Positions 37,023-49,234 of a stretch of 64,000 nucleotides of DNA are shown here, piece by piece. Within the stretch, counting starts at the first letter, position 1. The number at the start of each line of letters is the position of its first letter. A program made the translations under genes and the position numbers. The stretch spans positions 7,440,001 to 7,504,000 of the forward strand of contig CM102283.1 of NCBI GenBank assembly GCA_046563655.1, given 5' to 3'. Source of the stretch: Yuukianura sp. NJ FZ-2021 (lineage: Eukaryota). Under the pieces are notes generated by a model. That model did not search any database. It was not told where the DNA came from and saw only the letters and a list, made by a program, of their open reading frames with translations.

Positions 37023-38278
37023 TTAAAATCCAGTTTCCTTTTCGATGAATCGGTTCTCATGATTATTCGGTTTTGACCACCAGCCATAGTGACCTTCAGC
37101 TTTCCATTGCGATGAATATCCCTTCCAAGGTTCATCAATGGCTTCGAAAAACTGGGCTTTGAATCCATGTTGTGAAGCAAAGTTATTCAATGCCTTCCAG
37201 TAAGCAACTTCATTTTCGATAGTGTTGTGGGATCCGTTGAAGCTGTTTCCTTCACTGGGCCAGCCAGTCTCGCCAATTATGACTTCACAATTACCATTGA
37301 CTTTCTTGATTTCAGTCTGCAAGTGCAAAAAGTACCAACCAACTTCTTCAGCAGCTCGTTGAGGTCCCAACTGCGCATGCTCATTGCTTGGGTAAACGTT
37401 GCAGTAGACGTAGTCGGAGTTACGAATTAGGTCGTGCATAATTGCTTGAAGGTCTCCACCAAGCACTGCTCCGCACATCTCTGTTCGGAATCCGACTCTT
37501 AGTCCTTGACTATTGGCTCGTCCTTTATTGCTTTGGATCATGTTGAGAACATTGACGCCTTCACCGTGGGAATGTATGTACTCATTCGTAAACGTAATTC
37601 CCCAGACGGTTCCGGGTGCTCGCCAATTGGCATCGGCAGCAGCTTCGAAAGCATTGTTGATCTCTCGATTTTGATCTTCCGTCTGGTATACTCCAATGTT
37701 GACATTAAGCTTCGTAGAACTCTGTTGATTCATTGTGGCAGCAGCTCGAGCAATTAAGGCGTTACTGTCACATTGATCCCATGGCTTACCATTGTTGTAA
37801 CCTAAAAATAATGACATTTGTTTAAGCTTTAAGTTATGGTATGCAGCAGACAAACAGACAGACAGAGTCGGGGAAAAACATAAAGTAGCAAGCTACTTTC
37901 GCTACTTACTAATAAAATAGGTTAAAATTGAAAAAGAAAAATTGATCAAACTTACCAGCTGTACCCATGCTGTAAGTAGAAATGCTGGAGAAGTAATTTC
38001 GAACTACGGTAAGCTGTGCAATAATGTCATCCACGGTGTACTGGTCCCAGAGACGCGCAGGATCATGATCAGTGTAAGGCGAGAAGGCTACTCCGACAAG
38101 ATTGCGATTGAATTTTTGACCTTGGGAGATGCCGAAAGCCTGCAAACAAAGCCAATAACTTGTTAGAAACTGTGTGAAAATGCCTTTGGACATTCAAAGC
38201 ATAGCTTAGCAACTGTATTTAAAATTTTAATTAATTTAAACTTACCAAACTGACGAGAAATACTACACGTAAACACAT
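37023..38278 (-). CDS. Secreted glycoside hydrolase family 17 (beta-1,3-glucanase / glucanosyltransferase-like)
   Basis: Exons 38278-38246, 38139-37956, 37801-37023. Signal peptide MCLRVVFLVSLAFGISQG. GH17 motifs GVAFSPY, ITFTNE (acid/base Glu), NVYP, IIGETGWPSEG (nucleophile Glu), FFEAIDEPWK, EGHYGWW. Confidence 0.88.
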
Positions 38279-38328
38279 TTCTGCAAGCAATGTTCCACTG
38301 CGCAATTGGCATCACACAGACAGAGTGC

Positions 38329-38335
38329 TTTTATA
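38329..38335 (-). promoter_or_regulatory. TATA box (TATAAAA) of the GH17 gene
   Basis: TATAAAA on the minus strand about 50 bp upstream of the ATG at 38278, with an Inr-like GCAGT at 38301-38297. Confidence 0.5.
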
Positions 38336-39589
38336 TCTCTAAAACGCTAAATTTAGCGTTAGCAGAAATGACAAAATAATTGAATTCTAGTAGTTTAAAG
38401 TAGTACTAAGAATTCACCTGCATCATCAGTTCTGACAGTTTAATCAACCACGAACTTCACTTCAGGTGATGCATAATGTTGATTACAACTTGAAGGCTGT
38501 GGCAAAAAATAAATAAATTATACTCATGAGTAGTGAATTATGAGCTGTTAAGTTCAGTTTTTGTTGTTCAATCAGTCATCTATGATGACTGATTAAACGA
38601 CAAAGAACACACTGATCATGATGGGCTGTAGCACGAGCCGAGCGATAAGGCCTCAGAAATCGCTGCAAAGTTCAATTTGGAAACTTTTTAAAAAACTGAA
38701 AAATGTGGACATGAACGGAAAGCTTCCGATTGCTGATTACTAAATCCAAAAGCATAATCACAATCAGTTTTCATTTTTTCAGCATTTACTCAATCCAAAA
38801 CAGTCTCTTGTCTTGTTTCAAAAAATTATTTCTCAAAACAAGCAAATTAATCAACAACCAAACACGGAATTACACTTTACCTGCAATTTGCATTAGCAAA
38901 TAAGACGAATGTGGGCTCAACTCGAAATAAACTAAGGCTAACAGCACAATTTAATGATTGTACATAAATTTAATCTAACTTTAATTAATTTGCTCAACTA
39001 ACACCTTAATTCACAAGTAAATGAAAATAGTTCGTCCACCGTGGTTCAAAAAAATTTTCAGCACATAAATTCAACTTTCTAATTTAACATTTACAAAATC
39101 TCGTCCCATAAATTACTCGTATGGAGTCGATTCGTCCGATAGGAATTGTCTTTTGCAATAAAATGAAAAAAGTTCAAGTTATTAACAAATTTCAGAAAAA
39201 TTAAACTAAGAACTTAAATGGAAAGTCGTCAAAGCTAAGGTTATTTTTGGAAAGCGTCAAAAAGTTAGAGATTTGGAAAGGACAGGGGCGGGAGTGCATT
39301 TTGTACGTTCCTCTCCTTCGTCTTTCTTCTAATCAATCATCTAATTCCCTGGCTTCAGATCCTAATTCCTCAGTGGTTATACGAATATTATATAGTACTA
39401 TTCTAAAAAGTAGAATAAATAAATGTAGAGTGGAACAATTTAATTTATAAGAAAACGTAGCTTATTTACGGCATGAGGTGACCACTCCATGAGAAAGGGA
39501 GATTCAACATTACAGAGAACAAGAATGTCAGATCTGCGGAATGGGTCAGAAAAGCTGCTTTTGAGCAGGGAGGAAAGTCACATGGAAAC

Positions 39590-41700
39590 TTATTTGTAGT
39601 CGCTGTAGGCTGCTTTGTAGACGCAGACTGTGAACACAATTCCAATGACCTGCAGAAGTCCAATCGCCACTGCAATGGCAATCGCTATGTTCATTTCCGA
39701 TTTGAGCGTGTCCAAAATCTTGGTGAAGCAACCCTACGGCAAAAAACAAGATTGCCAAATAGAGTTTTCAAAAAACTCAGAAAAACCTGTAAACAAATTC
39801 TCCAAAACCACAAAAACTTACGACATTGATGTACGGTTCACCAGCTTGTCCTTCACGGCAACGCTGTGGCACATCGTCAAACCGCGTAGCGCCCGGGTTC
39901 AGAGGGCAGCACGCTGCCGGAACCGGGAACGTCGAATTGGCCTTGTACTTTTTAGCTACTTGGAAATCCGTGTAGTTGTTAACTCCACAACAATGGCCCT
40001 TAAAACGCAAACAGAATTAGCAATCCAAACCGAAAAAAAATCCATTTTCGTCTAAACTTTACCTCTCTCATAATGAAATCTGCAGTGACAGTGAATGGCG
40101 TAGCCTGTTCGCGTGTCGAGTACATACTTTCAATACTCTTCGACAGAATATTCTTCGTTTCAGATTCGGTCTATAACAAAAACATTCAAACTAATAACTT
40201 ATCCATCAATTCAAAATAAATTAAAATCGAAAGTTGCTTTCGTTTTCCCTACTTACTTCAGTTCGGTAAACCAGGAACAGAACGACCACAATAATTTCTA
40301 GGACGAAGATGAGGAACAGGAAAAACGCGTACTAAAAATAAAATTCAATCTCCATATTAGTAAGCACCATTAAATTTCAGTTTTAAGTGCTCATTGATTA
40401 ATTTCATCCCCATAATTTTTAATAGTCTTGACTTCCTTACTGCTCCAAGCAGAAATCTCGATTCCTTCATCGTTCCACAGTATCCCAAGAAGCTGATGAT
40501 GAAAATGAAAGCTCCAAGGGCAATGAAAACGTATCCTGTTTGCTCCAAAACAGTCGCTGGCCCATATTCGCTCACCTGAAAATATCCAATAATCAATGCA
40601 ATAAAATTCGAAAGTACTTTTCAAAATTTTTTTTTATATTTTTTTCAAAATTTTTTCTGTTCATACCTGAATCTGATCTTTGCTTGCCAACTTGAGCAAA
40701 GCTATGAGAGATGAAAGGTCTGCAACCAGCCAAATTCCAAGTCCGAGTAGAGCTGTTCCAAAAATCTAAAACCCAAAAGAACAAAATTACAGCGGAAATC
40801 GTAAAAAACGTAAACGTAAAAGTTTTTTTCACATGAAGCAAATGACGAAACCCATTCAGCAATTTAGCAATTTCGCTCCCACAATTTTCTTTCCTACAAA
40901 TGAAACGTGTTTCGCATCCGTATCCATTCACTAGCGTAAGCTCCATGAATTTATTATTCCCGCCACTCCAAATGCCTTAAATGACCATCAAAAACCGAAA
41001 ACATAAGCAACGCCACAAAAATAACTCCACCATTTCCATGTTGAAGAGTTTCACTCTTCCGCACGACATCCACGCATTGTAACCACCGTAAAAAAAGACC
41101 ATCCTTCATGCGTTTACTACTCCAAATCCGTCAATTATTACACACTCCAAAAAAACTAAAATTGTATCCATTGAATCCAGAAAAAAAAGTCAAAAAACGA
41201 TCAATAAATTCTCTTTTGTCAAAATTTGGAGTGTTAACTCGATAATTACATTTTCCCCACCGAACAAAGAATAACAGTGGGCGGAATACGCATAAGAGAG
41301 AGAGAGAGGTCAACGACCTCCGCTCACGCACATAAGCTGTTTAACTTTTTAAAACAAAGGGCGCATTTCTTAGAAATTTTCCATCATCTTAATTAAGACA
41401 CGCAATGAGCCAGCACAAAATTCCATTTCTAAAATATTCTTTCATGTTCATAAATCATGAAAATCATAAACATGCGTAAACGTCGAATTTAAACTTTCGC
41501 AGAATTTCAGACATCTCTTTGTCTCTCATCACGAAATTGACAAGAATCAATCAAAAAACCGTTCATGCTCATTAAACTGAAACAAATAATTGCAAATTCA
41601 ATGAAAAAAATATCATTTTTCAAAAAAAAAAAAAACTTACCACAAAAATGAAATTGAAAAGGCAGAGACAATACTTGATCACCGACGCTCCCAGATCCAT
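39590..41700 (-). CDS. Tetraspanin
   Basis: MDLGASVIKYCLCLFNFIFV start, FLGYCGTMKES, CCG motif, PAACC, GCF, four TM helices. Exons 41700-41641, 40765-40667, 40575-40441, 40331-40257, 40170-40063, 39998-39822, 39733-39590. Confidence 0.92.
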
Positions 41701-44336
41701 TTTGAATTTAGTTTTTGTTCTCAGGGTCCTTCAGAACCAGTTTCCTTTTAGTCCGTCTTTTGTCCAATACAATTTCACCATTCAATTTCAAATTTCCCAA
41801 AAATTTCAAAAATATGACAATGACAGGTTCTCCTCAGTTTTTGATGAATTCCGGTTGTTCACTGTCTAATTCACTTAGAAAGTGGAGATGAAGCAGTCCT
41901 TATTCAGTTGAAATGCACTTTCAAGTCCACAACCACCGCAAATTCTAGTCTCCTGTAAAAAAAAATCACAAAAGAAACAAATAAGAAAGTTTACTCGTTT
42001 GTTGCAATGACAACAGTAATCAATTCATTCAAAAATTTCAATTTCTACTACGCACAATCTGTCCTTGCAATTTTTTCCTCTCATTTATTTAACGAACGTG
42101 CAAGCAGAAATGATAGTATTCTACCCAAAATTCAAGTTTTTTCTGGTGCACTAAATGCATCATCACCTCATCTCACTTTTAACGAAATGAAGTGCACATT
42201 AATCAAATTTGTGTCACACCATTAATTAACTGCTCTTCACTATACGAACTTCCACACTTTTTTTAACTTAAGATTTTAGCGCAATCTAACACAATTTGTA
42301 CCACAACATCAATTCAATTCCAAATCAATTTTTTACTTTCTTTTTATTTCTTTAAGAGCAATTTAGAGTGGCCTGACCTGACCAAAAATTCTAATAAAAG
42401 AAAAACTTCAAAAACTTGTAACAATTTCACAACTTTCACTTTCTTTCACACCAAAAGATCAACTCCAAATGCGTGTGAAAGAAGCCATGCGGTTCCTTAA
42501 GCCTCAAATTTCATTCCAGGTGAGGAGCTTTGATCCTTCTTACACCAAAAAAGCGCTTCTCATTCACCAGCAGACAATAGAATGGAAAAAAAAGTTTTAG
42601 ACGCTTTCCTTCTAGAAAAGCTTAGAAAATGTTCTAGTGCTTCGCTTGTTCTTCAACTCAACCCGCCCAGTGACGGGACTTAATTTACTCAAAAACGCTT
42701 CGCACAGAAACCTTATTCCATGCTGGAACGCGTCTTCGATTCTTTCCTAAGGTCATTGGCCTTTTTCTTAAATCAACACCACTAAATATGTTAAACTCGT
42801 CGCACTCAATTTCAAAACGTACTTGCCAGCCCATAGCAGAAGTCGCAACTTACGAATTCATTAAAAATTTACAACCGAAAATTCCATCAACAAACAAAAC
42901 ACTTCTTCTGTTCCACTGGATAAAAAACTTTTCCTTTTTTTTTTTCAATTTACTTTTGAATACATAACGAAACCAAGTCAAGCTCAACGAAAAAAAATCG
43001 TGAGAGACACGCACGAAAAAATTTCAACAAAAGACAAATTTCTTATTTAGCGTTTTAAAAAAAATGTTTCAAGAAATATTGACTTTGGTGACAAGCTTTC
43101 GGGCAAACAGAACCAAAGAAATTGCAAGTATTTGCAAACATTACAAAATGAAGAAGGCTTCTCCAACTAAAAAGCAAATTTTCGCGCTAATCAAATTCAC
43201 CTGGCCCAAAATTTGCCAAATTTTTCTGTTTTCTATTGATTTTGAAATCAATTCAAAAAAATAAACTGTACCAGCTCCCGTACCACTGTTAGTTCCTGCC
43301 ACGGATTCGCCAGTCAAGTCTAAAAGTCACTTCCCTTGGTAAATTAAATTCTTCCTTTCGCCAAAACTTTCTGCAACACGCGATGCGGTCAAACCCAAAC
43401 AATTTCCAATTTCAGTGTTGATGTCCCCAAAATGTGACAAATTTTAGTTGTTGACAAATACTAACTTCCTCAAAGCGAAAAAACACCACTTATTTCCAAA
43501 GTCCGCCTTCCGCAAACTACAAATATGAAAATATTCTAACTTTTAATATTGTGAAGCAAAACCGGAAGATTTTTTTTTAGTAAAGACGGAAACTCCTGTT
43601 ACTATCAAAAGGCTACAATTAAGTTGTCCACTGCCCAATTCAAATGCAACAGGCAGAATAAACGCCCTTCTTCCATTTTTACTCAGAAATATCACATCTA
43701 CATCAAGATTTGATTCAACTTCACCTTCCATCTTAATTCTTAACCCTATTATGTTATATCACATCCCAACTAATAACCTGTTCACCAAAATATAGGTCAA
43801 CTACAACAATATTTCAGTCTCACGCCTCAAAAAAAAACCACAAGTTGTTCACCTCACAAAAAAATTGAATCAAACATGTAGCCATAACGTACTAATTTTT
43901 TTTGTAAAGTGAATCCATCAAATGTGTCGTACGTTTGCTTACGTTTGAGACGCTTTTATGAACTTTTCATTTTCATTTGAAATCACAATCACCCATCCAC
44001 AAAAACACAAAAAACCTAAATCCAAAAATTCGCAATTCGACAATGACATTAACATTTTTTCTACGGAACATTTTTACGCAACTTCTCCTCGCCATAGCAA
44101 CGATCAACGATACACCTAAAAATTGCAAATTATGTCAACATTTCTGAACCAAGAAGCAAAAATTCTGAAAACCTCACAGCAGCGGTTCTGAATATTTGAA
44201 ATCTAAGCAGAGTCAGGAATCGAATCATATTTTTTTTTGTGTCACTTTTTGAAGAAGCCCCTTATTCCTTACTCCGAACAATTCTACAAATACTTCATAG
44301 AATTTCAACTATAATTCGTACATTGTCAATTCAGTT

Positions 44337-47300
44337 ATGCAAAGAAACGAACGAACTCCAGACAGAGGAGGTGGAGGTGACACGTACGTCCAAGCATCAG
44401 GCGGAACCCGTGGTGGTGCTGGAACAACATTTTCCAAAGGCACCAAATCCAACATCGGCATTCAAAAACCACGCCCATTCAAAACTCCCGCACCACTCTT
44501 GGGTTCTCCATCTGAATTCATGCAAGAAGCCCTACTCAGAGGCTTACTTCCTTCAGCAACTGCCCATGCGCAAACAACGACTCAAGAAATCTGTCGTACA
44601 TCTAAATCGAGTTACGAGTACGACAGTTTCCCGCCAATTTTGCTTCAGCGTGAAGCAACCAAATCATCTACCAAACAACCTCCAGAGTCATGCGCCTCCT
44701 GTTCAGAATTCCCGCCCAGCCAAGGTCACTTGCTCGAAGAACTCCGAGCCCAATGTCGGCGGGAAAATCGGAATCCAACTCTGTACCGAATTGCAACTCC
44801 TTTAGAAATCTCCCGAATTCCAGAACATCTCCGGAACCTCAAGACGATTCCACTGGAACCGCCGAAAGATGACATCGATGACGACACTCCTCCAGACGCT
44901 CCATTACCTTACTACCTTCCTAAAGCACCTTCCAGTGACAGTCCGAAGAAACAGGGCATCAAAAAACCGAAACATCCAAAGTTAAGTCGGAAGCCACAAG
45001 CATATTGGCGTTGGGAGAAACCAGACAAGGCAAAACCCATCGAACTGCCTTCTGCCTGTCGAATTGTAGAAGAAGCTCGGCAACCGGAAATTCCCACCCC
45101 CGCGGAGCCGAAGAAACCACATCTAGCATCACTTGTAGACTTCGAAGACGGAGAAAGTGAATCAGACGAAGAACTCATGCCTGAATTTACATTTGAAATT
45201 GTCCAAGAACCACCTACACGCAAAAATCCAAAACCAACCACTTCATCCACGCATTGCGGACCACAAATGTAATGAATCAAAATTATTTCAAAATTAGTCA
45301 CTTGAATTAGTCATTTAAACTTTTTAAAATGAATAAGTCATGTTTTTGACAAAAACAAAAGTTTGACGAATTTCGAACACTGAAAGTATCTAAATTCAAA
45401 GCAAAATTTCAAAAATTTTGGAAAATTTTTCACATTTTGATCTTCCAGGCCTCAGAAGCAGGACGAAATTCACACGGCGGAGTACAACATTTACCGCGGA
45501 CCAAAACTGCTGATCAAAACACGTAGCCATGAGATCATTTTGCATAACGACCCGGATTACGAACACAACACTCCAATCAAGCTCTTCATTGAACCATTCG
45601 ATGACTTTGCAGCCACTTCCAGTACAAAAACCCTAAAAATGCAATTTCAATTAAAATTTAGTACAAAAATTTAACTTTCAACATTTTAAAATTTCCTAAA
45701 ATTCGATTTCAGAATGCTGCGAAATCCGAAAAATTACTTTGCTCAACGAAGGAACTACAGCTATAAGGTTCCAGTGGATCAGAGCTCCTCCAGGACCTTG
45801 CATTCAAAAGTTTTTGGGAAACTCTGCAAAATTGCTCGACGCTGGCAAATCTCTACGACGTCGACACTTTCCTCTTGCAGTTCAAGCCGCCGCAAATCAA
45901 AAGCATCAGCAGCATTGTAACTTCAAATACAAAAATCCCGCAAACAAAAATTTCTTTCAACTTTTTCAAAATCCTAAAACTCAATTTTTGTTCAAAAGGC
46001 GGTGACATCAGCAGTGGACCACGGAAAATGGCTCTGCATTTGACAACTTCCCGTCGCGTCAACCCAGCTTTAACTCGCGCAATTAAAATTCTGAACAACA
46101 CTGTTAGCTCTGACACTGCTTTTCGAAACTTGCTCCTTCTTCTGTCACTTCGCGTTCCAAGATTAAAACGCGAACTGATTCGGCGCACAAAACGTCAACT
46201 TAGCAGCCGAACTCTTCCGAGACAAATTCACGACCTTTATCTACGACTTCGGAAACAAAGACGTGTCAAGTACTACCAACCTGTGAAAGCTAATAGACGA
46301 CGACTCCAGTCCCGAGCCAGTTTTGCATATCACGAGGACTTACCAAAAGGCAACTCAAAATTTAGACATGTGCACCAACAAATTCGATAAAATTTGACTT
46401 TAACAGTTTTAGAGTTGTGCACCAACAAATTCGATAAAATTTGATGTTCAAAATTTTAGACGAGTGCACTTGTGACCTGCCATCGGACGGGGACTCATCG
46501 GATTCGTCCCAATCAGATGCTTCCTACAACTTCTTCCTGTTTCCCAACAAACTGCCACACGAATGTGTCTGTTCCCGCCCAGCATCTCCACCCGCCGCCC
46601 CACCCACAACCGCGCTTCAAGAAGAATGTGGTCCCGAGGACACTTCAACTCCACCAATCACGATGCTGCCGGAAGACATGATTTGTTTCTACCCACCACA
46701 AATGGAATGTATCTGCGAAGGAATCTGTATTTGCGAACCGCCAGCTGAAGATCAAGGAATCTGCGTCTGCGGTCCTTGCTGTATCTGCAGTCCGCAAGCA
46801 TCTTGGGGAGCATTGAAATACTGGAGTGCCGGTGAGCAGGAAACGCCAAGTTGTACTTGCATCGGAGTTTGTTCCTGCGGCCTCCCAGCCACGCCTCCTC
46901 CGACACACCGTGCCGCATCCCAAGTTAGCTGCATTTGTATCGGAACCTGCGACTGCGGCCAACCGAAACCGGAGTACATCAACTGTACTTGTGACGGTAC
47001 TTGCACTTGCGAACTGCCTCCAGAGGACGAAAGTTGTCCCGTCGAAGCTCAATGTGCAGAAGATGCTTGCCCATGTCCAGACCCATGTCAGTGCGACCCT
47101 CCAGAAACAATTGTTTGCACTTGTGGACCAATCTGTACATGCATTTCTCCACCATTCTCAGCAAGTTGTTCGCAAGGTCACCTTCCAGGAAGTTGTCTCT
47201 GCTCACCCTGTACATGCGATCCATCTCCCGAAGATGTCGTTTGTACTTGCGGGCCATTCTGTACTTGCAAAACTCCTCCAGCATCGGACGTCTGCTTTCC

Positions 47301-49234
47301 AACATTACCCATCATGCCTCCAGAAGACTGTACTTGCTCAGCTTGTAAGTGCGGTGACTTTCAAAGCTGTGAAAACAAGCTCATGAGCCGCGGAACGCAA
47401 CTTCATCCATTGTGCTACGAACCCCTTACGCCGCCGCAGACTCAACCGGAGGCCTTGGAGACAGAACAAGCTGGAGAGGACTATGAGGTTCCCGATTCTA
47501 GCAAAACCAGGCCGAGTTATTTCCTACGATTCTACAGTGACCAATTCGCAAATACATGCATGGGGGAAGACGCTGGAGAGGGAGCCATTTGCCCTCCAGC
47601 TCCAGAAAAGACAATTCCCAAAAAACTTCCGGTAATTTTGAATGTTACTTATCTTTTTCATCTTTTCAATACTGCTAATTTCCAAAAAAAAAATTCACTT
47701 CCACAGAAAATCCGAAAAACCCGCAAAGTGGAATTCATCAAACCAAACTGTCCCGAATTCATTTTCTGCGAACTTCCACAAATACTCCTTCCAGGACAAA
47801 AGTACAAGTTTGAAATCATGTTTCGTCCAGAAAAACCTGGAATTTACTCCGAAACGATTTACTTGTTGACACATCCACGACTAACTTCCGGTGCCTACGG
47901 AATTCATCTCCGTGGACTCTGTATCAATCCAGAAAGTCCTCCAGAAACTTGTAATTTTCTGGACAATGTCCAGGACGACCGAGGCGACCATGAACCTAGT
48001 CTCGATACGTCCTGCATAACAAAAACTCTCTTTTCAAAAATATACGATCGGCAAGCGAACCAAGCCCTTCACTCTATCATGGATCATGTCCTTCACTTTC
48101 AGCCTGAACAAAAGTTGACATTTCCATACGGGTAACATATACAAATACAAAAATCCCAAAAACTCGTTTGTCACAAAAATTACAAAAATCTGCTGAAACA
48201 TTCAAAACTCGTCTCCTTTTATAGGCGATTGACGTCCGAAGCCATTTTCAAAACTCACAACCGTCACCTCCATTACTATCCAGACTCGAGTGAATCAGCG
48301 CTACATATTGTCAAAACGCTGCTCCAACTTCTTGTAGCCAAGACCAACATTGTCGACAATCCCGCTATTTGCGAACGTAACATCACGGTAACACGAATCA
48401 TTCTCCAAAGTTTCCCGCCAAATAATTGTGTTTCAGCCAATGTACAACCTTCCGAAATCTCTAACTTTTTCAAAATTTTGAATCTTTTGTTCAGAAATTG
48501 TACTACGAATTGCTCAAACCGTCTTCGGAACAAGATTATTTCGATGCCAACCTACTGTCAGACGAAGTGGAAGGTTTGCTGGCCGAATTTCGTACCATTA
48601 CGACAGAACTTACGAGACCTCCAGTATTCATGGGCATGTCCGCTGACGAACGTTGTGACGTTGGGCTATCAGTTTCAGTCCATGCAATGGTAGACGAACT
48701 CACAGATTCGTTCAACAGGATTTCAGAAACCGTCAAAAATAAATTTACAACACACATTTGGCGAACCGTATTGAACGAGAAATTGACCAATGTACGAGAA
48801 GCCGAAATTGAAGCAAAACTCCAAAACCAACGTCTAAGAGTATGAATCACCAAATTCACCAACCCAATTAATCGGTAATCCATTAACACCCGAACTTAAC
48901 ATTTTCAATTTGTTTCTAGATGGAGACTAAACAACGAACGATGAAATGGGACATTTCTACCCAGACCGGAGACAATTCCGTACCGACCTTAGACGACGAA
49001 GACGACATCCCTGTACCGGAAGTTCCTGCGGAAGACATTGAATATCAACTGCATCGAATGTACGCAGAATCCATTCGGGAATCACGTCTCGCTTCTGCGC
49101 AGAGCATAATTGCAAATGCTATTGAGCGCATGGTTTCCTTCGTGGACGCTTCTGAAAATCTTTGTGACTATGAAAAGCAACAAGTGATTATCACCCCAGG
49201 CGATGACGATCCCTTTAGATGCTGCCGCTACTAG
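44337..49234 (+). CDS. MYCBP-associated protein-like (MYCBPAP/AMAP-1; ciliary/sperm) with a large Cys-rich insertion
   Basis: Predicted exons 44337-45268, 45449-45621, 45713-45916, 45999-about 46319/46349 (donor uncertain), 46460-47631, 47707-48131, 48225-48387, 48495-48839, 48920-49234. Motifs recalled from MYCBPAP: LLNEGTTAIRFQW, ILLPGQ..F.IMF...PGIYSE...LLTHPRL...I.LRG, EAIFKTHNRHLHY. Start codon and family assignment are tentative. Confidence 0.62.
46370..46444. repeat. 28-bp direct duplication (GTGCACCAACAAATTCGATAAAATTTGA) in an intron
   Basis: Copies at 46370-46397 and 46417-46444. Confidence 0.85.

Noticed and set aside
46448-47386. Multiple overlapping alternative-frame and antisense ORFs over the Cys-rich exon
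   Set aside because: Expected by-product of GC-rich, repetitive TGY/CCN codon usage, with no independent coding signal.
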